From positions 139,754 to 203,753 of the forward strand of contig JBCCXJ010000003.1 in the NCBI GenBank assembly GCA_039191905.1: DNA of 64,000 nucleotides, given 5' to 3'. Positions 49,441 through 59,141 of this stretch are shown here, piece by piece. This DNA is from Bacteroidota bacterium (GTDB lineage Bacteria; Bacteroidota; Bacteroidia; Flavobacteriales; Flavobacteriaceae). The translations under genes were made by a program, and so were the position numbers. Positions within the stretch are counted from its first letter, which is position 1. Each line of letters begins with the position of its first letter. The notes below the pieces were generated by a model, which was not told the origin of the DNA, did no database searches, and worked only from the letters and a program-made list of their open reading frames with translations.

Positions 49441-50406
49441 TTAACAACAGCCTCCGCCGTCGTAATGCCAGGTACTTTCGCTAATGTGAATCTCATCAGA
49501 AGCTTCAGCCAAGGCGGCAGCAGTCTTGTCGCACACTGCTAAAGGTTGGTTTTGTTGAAGCACGTGGCCTTTGTGATCATCAAAATAATCTTCATCCCCA
49601 TAATAAATGGCTGTTTTCCCCGTGAACATACAAGGCCCGTCGGCAGGCATTGGGTCTTTTATTGCTGCAATTTCAATAGATTCAATGTGAATCAATTCAC
49701 CGGTAGGGTAATGGTTAGGGGTCAATACCCTATATGATTTTCTGGCACGAATCTCTATGGTTCCGAAACCAGCATCAGTCAATACTTTTACGTAATCTTT
49801 GATTGGGATGCTTCCGCTCAAACACAATGCACGTAGTCTGTCATCATTACGAAGTTCATCGTTCATGGGTTGCTCGCAAGTAGGGTCGCTCATGACCAAT
49901 CTTCCGTGCGGTTTAAGTACGCGATACATCTCAGATACGGCTTTTTTCAAATCCTCCATCTTGAAGATGTTAAACAAACAGTTTTGAGCGGCTACATCAA
50001 TACTTTCATCTTCAACAGGCAGGTTAAGCGCATCTCCTTTTACAAGGTTAACGTATTCACTCTTGAACCAATCGTTTTCTTCTTCGGCAATTTTGAAGTT
50101 ATTTTTGGATGCCTCCAACATTTCGTCTACGGAATCCACTCCTGTAACACCACCAATTTGTCTAGAGAAATAGGCAAACTGAAGTAATTCCATTCCACCT
50201 CCAACACCAACATAAAGTACTTTAGGGTCATTGACCAAGTCCTGAGCAGAAACGGTGCTTCCACAGCCATAGTTCATTTCTTGCATGATTTTCGGGATGG
50301 ACAATCCGGGGAACTGCCATACCGGATTTGTAGTACAGCATAAACCCACATCCGGCGTTAAAGCTGCCTCTTTGTACAAATCTTGGGTTGCATCTAAATA
50401 ACTCAT
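49441..50406 (-). CDS. arsM: Arsenite S-adenosylmethyltransferase, cyanobacterial/arsenosugar type
   Basis: GLCCTT, MNYGCG, YVGVGGG SAM motif, QNCLFN, ALCLSG, C-terminal YDGGGCC. Confidence 0.88.
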   Translation of the reverse strand: MSYLDATQDLYKEAALTPDVGLCCTTNPVWQFPGLSIPKIMQEMNYGCGSTVSAQDLVNDPKVLYVGVGGGMELLQFAYFSRQIGGVTGVDSVDEMLEASKNNFKIAEEENDWFKSEYVNLVKGDALNLPVEDESIDVAAQNCLFNIFKMEDLKKAVSEMYRVLKPHGRLVMSDPTCEQPMNDELRNDDRLRALCLSGSIPIKDYVKVLTDAGFGTIEIRARKSYRVLTPNHYPTGELIHIESIEIAAIKDPMPADGPCMFTGKTAIYYGDEDYFDDHKGHVLQQNQPLAVCDKTAAALAEASDEIHISESTWHYDGGGCC

Positions 50407-51218
50407 ATTTCCTTTATTAATTCTTTAAACAGTTGTATCATCTTAGGTTCTGTATTCCCTGCTATTTCAATAATCTCCTGAATATTAACGGGTTGAAGAT
50501 TATCTGGGTCGCATTCATCGGTCAAAACGGAAACCGCTACAATGGGTAGTCGTAAATGATTGGCCACAATTACTTCTGGAACGGTACTCATTCCCACCGC
50601 ATCGGCTCCTATAAGTTTCAACATACGATATTCGGCTTTGGTTTCCAATTGGGGTCCAACAACGGATACATATACTCCTTTTTGAAGGGAGATACCCTCT
50701 CTGGAAGCGATATCCTCTATTTTCTTACGCATTTTTAAATCGTAGGGTTCACTCATGTCTACAAAACGATCACCGAATTCTACAACATTTTTAAAAGCCA
50801 ATGGTGAACCGCCCTGCATATTGATATGATCCTCGATGAGCATAATATCCCCTTTTTTGAAGTTGAGGTTCATGGCACCAGCCGCATTGGAAACAAATAA
50901 GCGTTCAATCCCTAAACCGTGCATGACTCGAATAGGGTAGGTAATATCAAGGAAATCATAACCTTCATAAAGGTGGAAGCGCCCCTGCATCACCACAACA
51001 TTTTTACCCTCAATGGTACCATATATCAACTTACCAGAGTGGAATTCCACCGTGGCCAAAGGGAAATACGGTATGTGGTTATAATGCGCTTCAATTGGGT
51101 TTTCAATTTCATCCACCAATTGCCCCAACCCTGTACCGAGAACAATTCCAATTTCAGGAGATTCAAAACCTTTCTTCTTAAGGTATTGTAGTGATTCTTC
51201 TACTTGTTTTTTAGTCAT
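50403..51218 (-). CDS. Purine-nucleoside phosphorylase (trimeric PNP-I type)
   Basis: VLGTGLG, MQGRFHLYEG, SNAAG, GPQLET, GADAVGMSTVPE; ATGA-coupled to arsM. Confidence 0.92.
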   Translation of the reverse strand: MTKKQVEESLQYLKKKGFESPEIGIVLGTGLGQLVDEIENPIEAHYNHIPYFPLATVEFHSGKLIYGTIEGKNVVVMQGRFHLYEGYDFLDITYPIRVMHGLGIERLFVSNAAGAMNLNFKKGDIMLIEDHINMQGGSPLAFKNVVEFGDRFVDMSEPYDLKMRKKIEDIASREGISLQKGVYVSVVGPQLETKAEYRMLKLIGADAVGMSTVPEVIVANHLRLPIVAVSVLTDECDPDNLQPVNIQEIIEIAGNTEPKMIQLFKELIKEI

Positions 51219-51837
51219 TGGTTATGTGTTTTATAAAAGGCTGAAAGGCTTTAATGTCCTTAATATCCTCATAATAATCTATATCATTTTTTTCTGGCAA
51301 CAGAAAAACACTTTCTTTTTCGAGGTCTTTTAAGGTATTGCTCAAAACCGATTCCGTGCCCCATGCCTTATCTTGAAATAGTGCGGGATTCATGGCCTTC
51401 ATTCCTAAGAGATAATATCCCCCATCTTCTGCTGGCCCAATTACGTAATCATGATCATCTAGCTGTGAAAAAGCCTCTTCCAAATCGGATTGGGCCAAAT
51501 TGAACATATCACTTCCAATGATAATGATTTTTTTAAAACCAGAATCAAAACCATGGGCAAAGGCATTTTCCATCCGTTTGCCTAAATTTTCACCTTCCTG
51601 TATTCTCTTCCCATATCGTGTATTGTCCCAAATGTCATTTTCCCAAATATTTTCGGAATAATATACAAACCTGCTGGCATTCAAATCCTTTGTAAACTCT
51701 ACTGTGTGATTAAGCAAGAATTTATATACGTCCAGCGCGGCAGAGTCACCTATTTTGGCAGCAAGACGGGTTTTGCACTTGCCAAGCTCTGGATTTCTAG
51801 TAAAAACGAGTAATAGGTCAGTTTTTTTTGTGCTCAA
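51211..51837 (-). CDS. TIGR04282/DUF2064-like (CofC-fold) arsenosugar-associated transferase
   Basis: PELGKCKTRL, QEGENLGKRM, IIGSD, GPAEDGGYYLLG, DID. Confidence 0.88.
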   Translation of the reverse strand: MSTKKTDLLLVFTRNPELGKCKTRLAAKIGDSAALDVYKFLLNHTVEFTKDLNASRFVYYSENIWENDIWDNTRYGKRIQEGENLGKRMENAFAHGFDSGFKKIIIIGSDMFNLAQSDLEEAFSQLDDHDYVIGPAEDGGYYLLGMKAMNPALFQDKAWGTESVLSNTLKDLEKESVFLLPEKNDIDYYEDIKDIKAFQPFIKHITND

Positions 51838-52345
51838 GGGTATCGTTTTTTGAGGTGTAAACTTTGTTTCCGTTGGTCAAAAGCCCTTCCCATTCCTTAC
51901 TAAAAACATGAACTTTTTCGGTTTCTCTTTCTTGTGAATCAAAAACCGGATATCCCAGATTTTTCCAGAGAAAAATTCCTCCAAATAAGTTTTTGACGTT
52001 TTTATATCCAGCCTGTTCCAGCTTCTCGCCAATATCCTCAGATCTGGCTCCAATGGAGCAATATACCACTATGTGCGATGATTTTTTTGGTAAGAAAGAC
52101 TTGATTCGTTCCAATTCATAATCAGAATACCCGGCCCAAATGGCATCTTTAAGATGACTAACCTCAAATTCTGCTTGCTCCCGAGCATCCAAAATCACAA
52201 TGTTCTTAAGGATTTTTAAATCTTGAGGTTGAATGTATGCAACACTTCCTACATTTAAAGTATCCAAGGATTCATGGATAGGAGATTGTGAAAATACACA
52301 GAAGCCACAAGATAGGCTAAGAAAAAAAAGATAGGGTTTCACCAT
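51818..52345 (-). CDS. Secreted rhodanese-domain protein
   Basis: LDAREQAEFEVSHL, VVYCSIGARS, NLFGGIFLW. Confidence 0.88.
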   Translation of the reverse strand: MVKPYLFFLSLSCGFCVFSQSPIHESLDTLNVGSVAYIQPQDLKILKNIVILDAREQAEFEVSHLKDAIWAGYSDYELERIKSFLPKKSSHIVVYCSIGARSEDIGEKLEQAGYKNVKNLFGGIFLWKNLGYPVFDSQERETEKVHVFSKEWEGLLTNGNKVYTSKNDTLEHKKN

Positions 52346-52433
52346 GACTTCAAAAATAAAGACTTGGCGTTATATTTTTGACTCTGGACATAACATTTAT
52401 GGTTATCTTAAGGGTGATTTAGCTCCATTGTCC

Positions 52434-53981
52434 ATGAAACAAATTTCAATCTCTTTTTTTGCTCTTTCTTTAGTTTTGGCTTGTAAATCAAAAAAGGAAG
52501 TGGAACAGGAAAATATTGAGCAAGCTCATGCGTATACTGAAATGTATCGCCCCCAGTATCATTTTAGCCCTGAAGAAAAATGGATGAACGATCCAAATGG
52601 GTTGGTCTATTGTGATAAGACGTATCATTTGTTTTATCAATATTACCCGGATGAAATAGTTTGGGGCCCGATGCATTGGGGCCATGCGGTAAGTACGGAT
52701 ATGGTTCATTGGGAACATAAGCCCATTGCGCTTTATCCGGATGAACACGGGCTCATTTTTTCTGGAAGCGCTGTGGTTGATATCAATAATACTTCTGGAT
52801 TTGCCCAAAATAATGAAGTGCCACTGGTAGCTATGTTTACTTATCATTTGATGGAGGGGGAGAAATCTGGAAGAAATGATTTTCAGACGCAAGGGATTGC
52901 ATTCAGCTTGGATAATGGGGAAACTTGGGAAAAGTATGAAGGAAATCCGGTTATTGGTAACTCGGGAATAAAAGATTTTAGGGACCCAAAAGTATTCTGG
53001 CATGAAGAAACAGAACAGTGGATTATGGTTCTGGTTGCAGGAGACCATGCTAAGTTTTACAGTTCTCCCAATCTAAAGGATTGGAAGTTTCTAAGTGATT
53101 TCGGAAAAAGGCAGGGTGCCCATGGTGGGGTTTGGGAATGTCCGGACCTTTTTGCTTTACCAGTGGAAGGCGCTGAAGAACAAAAATGGGTATTAATCAT
53201 TAGCATAAACCCCGGTGCACCAAATGGAGGAAGTGGAACCCAATATTTTATCGGTGAGTTTGACGGAAAACGCTTTACATCTGATCAAAGAAAGCCTAAA
53301 TGGCTCGATTATGGAACCGATAATTACGCCGGTGTTACCTACAACAATACGCCAAACGGTGAACGCATATTTATAGGTTGGATGAGCAATTGGGATTACG
53401 CAAGGGATACACCCACCGAAAAGTGGCGAAGCGCCATGACGCTACCAAGAAATTTGAGTTTACGAAAAGTGGATGAAGACCTTTTTTTGGTCAATTATCC
53501 TTTAAAATCTGTAGACAATATCGCGAAATCAGTTTTGGCTAGGGTGGATGTCATATCACCTAATCAAGAAGAAACCTTGTATTTGGATGGATTGAAACAG
53601 TCCCACATAAAATTCCGAACATCTTCCAAAGACTTTAAAATCAGTATAAAAAATGCGTTGGGGGAGATGGTGGATTTGACTATGGATTCCAAGACCAAAT
53701 CGTTGTTGTTAGATCGCATGAAATCTGGTCACGTGAGTTTTCAATCGGAATTTGGAAATAAAAAGCATCATGCTCCTATGGACAAACTTGAAAATGACAC
53801 CTATGGTGTGAGTATTTTTTTGGATTGGTCTTCCATAGAGGTTTTTATTGATGGGGGGCTTTATGCTATGACGGACCAAATTTTCCCCACTGAACCTTTC
53901 AACGAAATCACTATAGAAAACTCAGATGCCGAACATCCTGTTCAGGATTTGGTGATATCTGGAATGCAGTCAGTTTGGTAA
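52434..53981 (+). CDS. GH32 levanase/beta-fructofuranosidase, lipoprotein
   Basis: WMNDPNG, WGHA, FSGS, FRDP, WECP; lipobox LAC from ATG 52434. Confidence 0.93.
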   Translation: MKQISISFFALSLVLACKSKKEVEQENIEQAHAYTEMYRPQYHFSPEEKWMNDPNGLVYCDKTYHLFYQYYPDEIVWGPMHWGHAVSTDMVHWEHKPIALYPDEHGLIFSGSAVVDINNTSGFAQNNEVPLVAMFTYHLMEGEKSGRNDFQTQGIAFSLDNGETWEKYEGNPVIGNSGIKDFRDPKVFWHEETEQWIMVLVAGDHAKFYSSPNLKDWKFLSDFGKRQGAHGGVWECPDLFALPVEGAEEQKWVLIISINPGAPNGGSGTQYFIGEFDGKRFTSDQRKPKWLDYGTDNYAGVTYNNTPNGERIFIGWMSNWDYARDTPTEKWRSAMTLPRNLSLRKVDEDLFLVNYPLKSVDNIAKSVLARVDVISPNQEETLYLDGLKQSHIKFRTSSKDFKISIKNALGEMVDLTMDSKTKSLLLDRMKSGHVSFQSEFGNKKHHAPMDKLENDTYGVSIFLDWSSIEVFIDGGLYAMTDQIFPTEPFNEITIENSDAEHPVQDLVISGMQSVW

Positions 53982-54071
53982 GGTGGCATTTAGATAATTA
54001 TCGTGACTTATGTCATGCTTTTTTAACGGTAGTAATAGAAAATTTGTGGAATTAAATCCCTAAAACTAGGC

Positions 54072-55886
54072 GTGGCACCAGAACAACTCATCTCAATAAA
54101 AGAGAAGATAGGAAGATTGATAGAAGAGGTCAATACCCATCAACAAAAGAATGCAAAACTGCTGGCAGAAGTTTGTCCAGAATATCTTGAAAGTGCTAAA
54201 AATCTGTTGCACTATAGCGTAGTTAGAACCTATGATTTACGAGAAATACAAACCAATTTAAAGCAACTGGGTCTTTCCCGTTTGGCCAATGCAGAGGGCA
54301 ATATATTGGAGAGTCTCATAAACACCCATAATCTGCTTAAACTTATGTTGCATGAAGATGAAGCATTTGAGCAGAATGAACAGCTTGGAATAGGAAAAGG
54401 GAAAAAAAGATTGGAAGAACATACGGATACTCTTTTTTCAGATGCAAGCAAAAACAGAAGAGTCCGAATCATGGTTACTATGCCTACAGAAGCCAGCAAA
54501 GACTACGAGCTGGTTCTGGAAATGGTAAAAAACGGTATGGATTGTGCCCGTATCAATTGCGCCCACGACGCTCCAGAAGTATGGAAGAAGATTGTAGAGC
54601 ATATTAGAAAAGCTTCAAGTGTTTGTGGAACCGAGGTGAAGATTGCCATGGATTTGGCGGGTCCAAAAATTAGAACCGGAGCTTTGAGCGAAGGCCCGAG
54701 AGTACAAAAATTCAGGCCAAAAAGAAACGATGAAGGTATAGTTGAAAGCCCAGCTACGATTGTTCTGGTTCCGGAAGAAAAAGAAAACAGAGCACCTTAT
54801 GAAATTCCAGTTGCTTCAGAGTGGATGCAATTGGTTCAAATGGGAGATAAGTTTACAGTACAGGATACAAGAGGCAAAACCCGTAAGTTGGTTGTAAGCA
54901 CCATAGAGGAGAACCAAATTTTACTTCACAGTATGAAGACGGTATACCTTAGAACGGGCATGCACTTAATTCCAAAAAGGCCCTCTTTGCCAAAAGGAAT
55001 CATAGGAGAAATAACTCCTATTGAACAATCTATTGAAGTGCATACAGATGATATTTTGCTGGTTAAAGGAGATAATTCGGTAGGAACTTTGCCGGAGTTT
55101 GATTCCGAAGGGAACTTGACTCAATCTGGTAGTATTTCATGCTTGCCTTCCTCCCTGGTAACTAAAGTGAAAGAGGGAGAGCCTATACTCTTTGATGATG
55201 GAAAAATAGAAGGCAACATCCAAAAAGTCCATAAGGACTACTTTGAGGTAAAGATTGTAAAGGCGAGAGAGAATGGGTCACGGTTAAAATCTGAAAAGGG
55301 AATCAATTTTCCCACCTTGGATTTAGGGTATTCCGGATTGACCGAAAAGGATAGGGAAGACCTAAAATTTATAGCGAAATATGTAGATATCGTCAACTTC
55401 TCTTTTGTCAATACTGAGAAAGATGTGGAAGAATTACTGGAAGCCCTTGAGGATTTGGGTGTGAAGGATAAAATGGGAATCGTTTTAAAAATAGAAACCC
55501 GTTTTGCATACAGAAATCTCATGGGGATTTTATTAAAAGCAATGAAAACAGGTCCTGTTGGGGTTATGATTGCCAGAGGAGACTTGGCCCTAGAGGTTGG
55601 ATGGGAAAATATGGGGAAGGTGCAGGAAGAAATTTTGTCCATCTGCAGTGCTGCCCATGTACCTGTAATTTGGGCTACGCAGGTTTTAGAGGGATTAGCC
55701 AAAAAAGGACTGCCCTCACGTTCCGAAATTACAGACGTAGCATCTTCCCTAAGGGCTGAATGTGTGATGCTCAACAAAGGACCTTACATCAATGAAGCCA
55801 TTTCGCTCTTGGATAAAACATTGGAAAGCATGGAGAAGTTACACAGCAAGAAAGAGGGATTGTGGCCAAAAATGGACAGCCTATAA
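54072..55886 (+). CDS. pyk: Pyruvate kinase, long variant (N-terminal extension, enlarged B domain)
   Basis: RINCAH, DLAGPKIRTG, KGINFP, KIET, MIARGDL, ATQVLE, RSEITD, ECVMLNKG. Confidence 0.9.
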   Translation: MAPEQLISIKEKIGRLIEEVNTHQQKNAKLLAEVCPEYLESAKNLLHYSVVRTYDLREIQTNLKQLGLSRLANAEGNILESLINTHNLLKLMLHEDEAFEQNEQLGIGKGKKRLEEHTDTLFSDASKNRRVRIMVTMPTEASKDYELVLEMVKNGMDCARINCAHDAPEVWKKIVEHIRKASSVCGTEVKIAMDLAGPKIRTGALSEGPRVQKFRPKRNDEGIVESPATIVLVPEEKENRAPYEIPVASEWMQLVQMGDKFTVQDTRGKTRKLVVSTIEENQILLHSMKTVYLRTGMHLIPKRPSLPKGIIGEITPIEQSIEVHTDDILLVKGDNSVGTLPEFDSEGNLTQSGSISCLPSSLVTKVKEGEPILFDDGKIEGNIQKVHKDYFEVKIVKARENGSRLKSEKGINFPTLDLGYSGLTEKDREDLKFIAKYVDIVNFSFVNTEKDVEELLEALEDLGVKDKMGIVLKIETRFAYRNLMGILLKAMKTGPVGVMIARGDLALEVGWENMGKVQEEILSICSAAHVPVIWATQVLEGLAKKGLPSRSEITDVASSLRAECVMLNKGPYINEAISLLDKTLESMEKLHSKKEGLWPKMDSL

Positions 55887-56015
55887 ACTTAGGGATTTAA
55901 TAACCATTTTATTGCATTTCGCGCTTTATCAGAAGGACTGGCAAGGTGTAATTTAAAGCTTGGTTTTCAGACTAAATACGCAGTAAACAAATAGTAACTT
56001 AAGAACACATTTAAT

Positions 56016-57008
56016 ATGAAAATTGGAATAAACGGAATGGGCCGAATTGGAAGAGCCGCATTGAAAGTGATAAACGAAACACCAGGCCTTGAGGTAGTAG
56101 CTGTAAATGATATTGTTCCTGTTGAGAACATAGCCTATCTACTAAAATATGACACGGTCTATGGGGTATATGATAAGGAAGTATCGAGCGAAGAAAATGC
56201 TTTAATAGTAGATGGGAATAAAATTCATTTCTCATCCATTAGAACACCGGAAGAATTGCCATGGGACGAACATGGAGTCGATTTGGTAATAGAAAGTACG
56301 GGTGTTTTCACCAAAGGTGAAGATGCGGAAAGACATTTGAAAGCTGGGGCAAAGACGGTAATCATATCGGCTCCAACCAAAAGTGTAGATACACCTACCG
56401 TGGTGCATGGCGTAAACTCTGTGGATGGTGAAACCAGTGTTTTTTCATGCGCTAGTTGTACCACGAACAATATTAGTCCAGTGGTAGAGGTTTTGGGCAG
56501 ACGTATTGGTATCAAAAAAGCGATTATGACCACGGTACATGCCTATACCGCTTCGCAAGGTATGGTAGATGCGCCATCCAAAAAGAACTTTAGGATGGGT
56601 AGGGCCGGTGCACAGAATTTGATTCCCACTACTACTGGAGCTGCAATAGCTACTACCAAGGCGTTGCCGGAATATGCTGGTAAATTTGATGGTGTTGCTA
56701 TTCGCGTTCCCGTACCCGTAGGTTCTATTTCGGATATGACTTTTGTGACCGAAAGAGAGGTTACGCCAGAAGAAGTAAATCAGATTTTGACGGAAGAAGC
56801 TGAAACGGACCGCTACAAAGAGGTTTTGGCCACTACGGATGAGCCTATTGTTTCTTCAGACATTATAATGAGTCCTTATGCTTCAACAGTAGATTTGGGA
56901 ATGACCCGGGTTGTAGGAGGAGATTTGCTGAAGGTGATGACCTGGTACGACAACGAATGGGGTTTTACCAATCAAATGGTGAGGCAAATCTTGGAAATTA
57001 AAGGATAG
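56016..57008 (+). CDS. gap: Type I glyceraldehyde-3-phosphate dehydrogenase
   Basis: GINGMGRIGR, ASCTTN, TTVHAYT, WYDNEWG. Confidence 0.96.
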   Translation: MKIGINGMGRIGRAALKVINETPGLEVVAVNDIVPVENIAYLLKYDTVYGVYDKEVSSEENALIVDGNKIHFSSIRTPEELPWDEHGVDLVIESTGVFTKGEDAERHLKAGAKTVIISAPTKSVDTPTVVHGVNSVDGETSVFSCASCTTNNISPVVEVLGRRIGIKKAIMTTVHAYTASQGMVDAPSKKNFRMGRAGAQNLIPTTTGAAIATTKALPEYAGKFDGVAIRVPVPVGSISDMTFVTEREVTPEEVNQILTEEAETDRYKEVLATTDEPIVSSDIIMSPYASTVDLGMTRVVGGDLLKVMTWYDNEWGFTNQMVRQILEIKG

Positions 57009-57017
57009 CCGTTAAAC

Positions 57018-57051
57018 AAAAGAGGGGAAGCAATTAGCTCCCCCTCTTTTT
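57018..57051. terminator. Bidirectional intrinsic terminator after gap
   Basis: AAAAGAGGGG-AAGC...GCTC-CCCCTCTTTTT stem flanked by A and T tracts. Confidence 0.85.
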
Positions 57052-57119
57052 GGTTGGTTGTTAGCGTAAATGAGACATCCCTTTAGGATGAGGGCTTCGT
57101 TCATGGTCTTACTCCATGA

Positions 57120-57221
57120 TTAGTTCATGTAATGGTATAGACTGTTGATGAGTGCAATAACGGAACAGGCCACCATCAAGTACCAAAATACATAGCCTAT
57201 TTTTTGTTCTACAGTGTTCAT
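57120..57221 (-). CDS. Putative 33-aa single-TM small protein MNTVEQKIGYVFWYLMVACSVIALINSLYHYMN
   Basis: Read by hand. A-rich leader (AAAAAAATG), near-consensus -7 element TAATTTCG upstream, terminator downstream. Confidence 0.55.
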   Translation of the reverse strand: MNTVEQKIGYVFWYLMVACSVIALINSLYHYMN

Positions 57222-57375
57222 TTTTTTGGATGGATTAGTAAAGGTTTAATTTTGATTTCACTTCGAAATTACCGAAAAGTATAGGGAGATCTTTTTACCT
57301 TTTTACTCCCTGTTGGAGAAAAGTCATAATTGGTAAAAAAAGACGTATAATTGGAATTCCAACAAACCTTAATTT

Positions 57376-57834
57376 ATGGAGACCGATATAAGAAATATAG
57401 ATCAGGCCATTGCACAACGTATGCGTAAATGGGGTATACCCGCGGTACGCATCTCCTTTGCCATTATCTTTTTTTGGTTCGGTATACTAAAGCCCTTTGG
57501 GCTTTCTGCAGCGACGGACTTGTTAAAGGCGACCGTGGCTTGGCTTCCCTTTGGAGACCCCGACACTTGGTTGATCGTCATTGGTTGGTGGGAGGTGATC
57601 ATTGGGGTTACCTTCCTTTTCAGGCAGACCACTAGAATTGCCATTGCCCTTCTTTTCTTGCAAATGTTAGGCACGTTTATGCCGCTGGTATTTTTGCCAG
57701 AAGTTACATTTCAGGATGGGAACTACCTGCTACCTACTTTGGAAGGTCAATATATCATCAAAAATGTTATGATTATTTCTGCTGCCTTGGTTTTGGGTGG
57801 AACTTTTTCTAAAAAGAAGCAAAGAAAGAATTAG
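57376..57834 (+). CDS. DoxX/DUF417-like membrane protein
   Basis: RISFAIIFFWFGILK, EGQYIIKN; 4 TM segments. Confidence 0.8.
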   Translation: METDIRNIDQAIAQRMRKWGIPAVRISFAIIFFWFGILKPFGLSAATDLLKATVAWLPFGDPDTWLIVIGWWEVIIGVTFLFRQTTRIAIALLFLQMLGTFMPLVFLPEVTFQDGNYLLPTLEGQYIIKNVMIISAALVLGGTFSKKKQRKN

Positions 57835-58058
57835 ACTAGCGGCGTACCTTTAAGTCGTTTTTCTATTTTTCTTTTCTTCTCGGTGATGCTTTTCATCACA
57901 TCCATAAGCTTAGAATCTTTGGTCTTCTTGTAGATTTCGTTAATGGAAAGAATAAGTTGCTTAGCTTCTCTTGAAGCTTTTACGCGGTCGCTGGTGGACA
58001 TATGGCTGAGAGTCCTGTTGTTGAACTCCTCTGCTTGAAGTAATAACTGCTCCGTCAT
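57831..58058 (-). CDS. Small basic helical hypothetical protein
   Basis: 75 aa ORF with plausible composition and an AT-rich leader. Confidence 0.6.
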   Translation of the reverse strand: MTEQLLLQAEEFNNRTLSHMSTSDRVKASREAKQLILSINEIYKKTKDSKLMDVMKSITEKKRKIEKRLKGTPLV

Positions 58059-58329
58059 TTTGTGTGTAATTAATCCAGTTTATTTAAAAGTAATCCAGAT
58101 TGGGTAAATATAAACCTTAGTTTGATATAAAAAAGTTATTGCACTATTCATTTTATAGATTTATGAAAATCTTAAGAAAGTAGTCCATCGACTACAAAAG
58201 AAAACCTGCATTTTTCCAGGTTTTTCCTGCTTTTGGGTTTCCATTCAGCTCAAAATTGTTCGAGTTTTCTTTTCTGCTTGTAGAGGTAATGTATAGGTGA
58301 GGTGCACTGCAAACGCGGGAAAATGGGTA

Positions 58330-58788
58330 CTATAAAGATGGTTTGTATTTTTTGACTATAACAGATGCAGGAATTTTTTCTACGCTAAAGGGGCCTTTAT
58401 ATATCTGCCCTATCTGTAGGTCTACTCTGGGGTCTAAGGTTCTTATCCTAAAGGATAACTCCATTTGGTGGGGAAGTATTCTTAAATACCCTTCATCTAA
58501 GGGCCTTGGCAGGTATATTACCTTTTTTCTTTGGAACATTCCTATTTTAGGAATCCGGACCTGAAATGAAAAGCGGAAAATGTAATCGTCCAATACCACA
58601 ATTTTGGCCATGGGCCCATCTGGAGTCTTTTGCACCGTAATTTGGCTTTGGTACCTTATCTTTTTATCCAAAAATTCACCATTGCGGTAGCTTGTAATTT
58701 CTAGGCTATTAAATGTGATTTGCAGGGCAGTATCTTGCTTTTCTTTTTGAAACTGGTTCAATGTTTTGAGTAGGTTCGTTTTGGGCAT
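58330..58788 (-). CDS. Hypothetical protein, divergent from the XRE pair
   Basis: 152 aa; consensus -7 element TATATTTG at 58821-58828 on the minus strand. Confidence 0.6.
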   Translation of the reverse strand: MPKTNLLKTLNQFQKEKQDTALQITFNSLEITSYRNGEFLDKKIRYQSQITVQKTPDGPMAKIVVLDDYIFRFSFQVRIPKIGMFQRKKVIYLPRPLDEGYLRILPHQMELSFRIRTLDPRVDLQIGQIYKGPFSVEKIPASVIVKKYKPSL

Positions 58789-58835
58789 GTTTCATGTTTT
58801 AAATGTAAGATTGGGTTTTTCAAATATAGAAAAAA

Positions 58836-58862
58836 GGTTGTAAACAACCCATTGTATACAAT
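58836..58862. promoter_or_regulatory. Tandem palindromic operators TTGTAwACAA
   Basis: GGTTGTAAACAACC (58836-58849) and ATTGTATACAAT (58851-58862) in the divergent intergenic region. Confidence 0.6.
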
Positions 58863-58898
58863 TCGTTGAATAAACCCTATGATTTGCAACTTTGATTC

Positions 58899-59141
58899 AT
58901 GTCAAAGCGAGAAAGAAAAAAGGAAATCCCAGCTTTTTGTATTGAATTTGGAAAACATATAAGGGAACTGCGCTTAGAGAAGGATTTGAGTATTGCAGAA
59001 ATTGCTTATAAAGCTGGAATTGATGCTCAAAATCTCAGGAAATATGAATTAGGCAAGCAGGAGATGAAAATTTCCATGATGAAAAGAATTGCAGATGCCT
59101 TTGGAATAACTACTTCGGAATTATTGTCATTTGATAAATGA
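58899..59141 (+). CDS. XRE-family HTH regulator
   Basis: FGKHIRELR, LRKYELG, IADAFGI. Confidence 0.9.
   Translation: MSKRERKKEIPAFCIEFGKHIRELRLEKDLSIAEIAYKAGIDAQNLRKYELGKQEMKISMMKRIADAFGITTSELLSFDK

Noticed and set aside
52488-55777. Long antisense ORFs (52488-53048, 55238-55777, and similar ones such as 12335-12850)
   Set aside because: Shadows of well-supported genes on the opposite strand, with no recognisable motifs.
24651-57092. 13-mer CCTTTAGGATGAG at both 24651 and 57080
   Set aside because: Only two copies and no extended similarity; may be a repeat remnant or chance.
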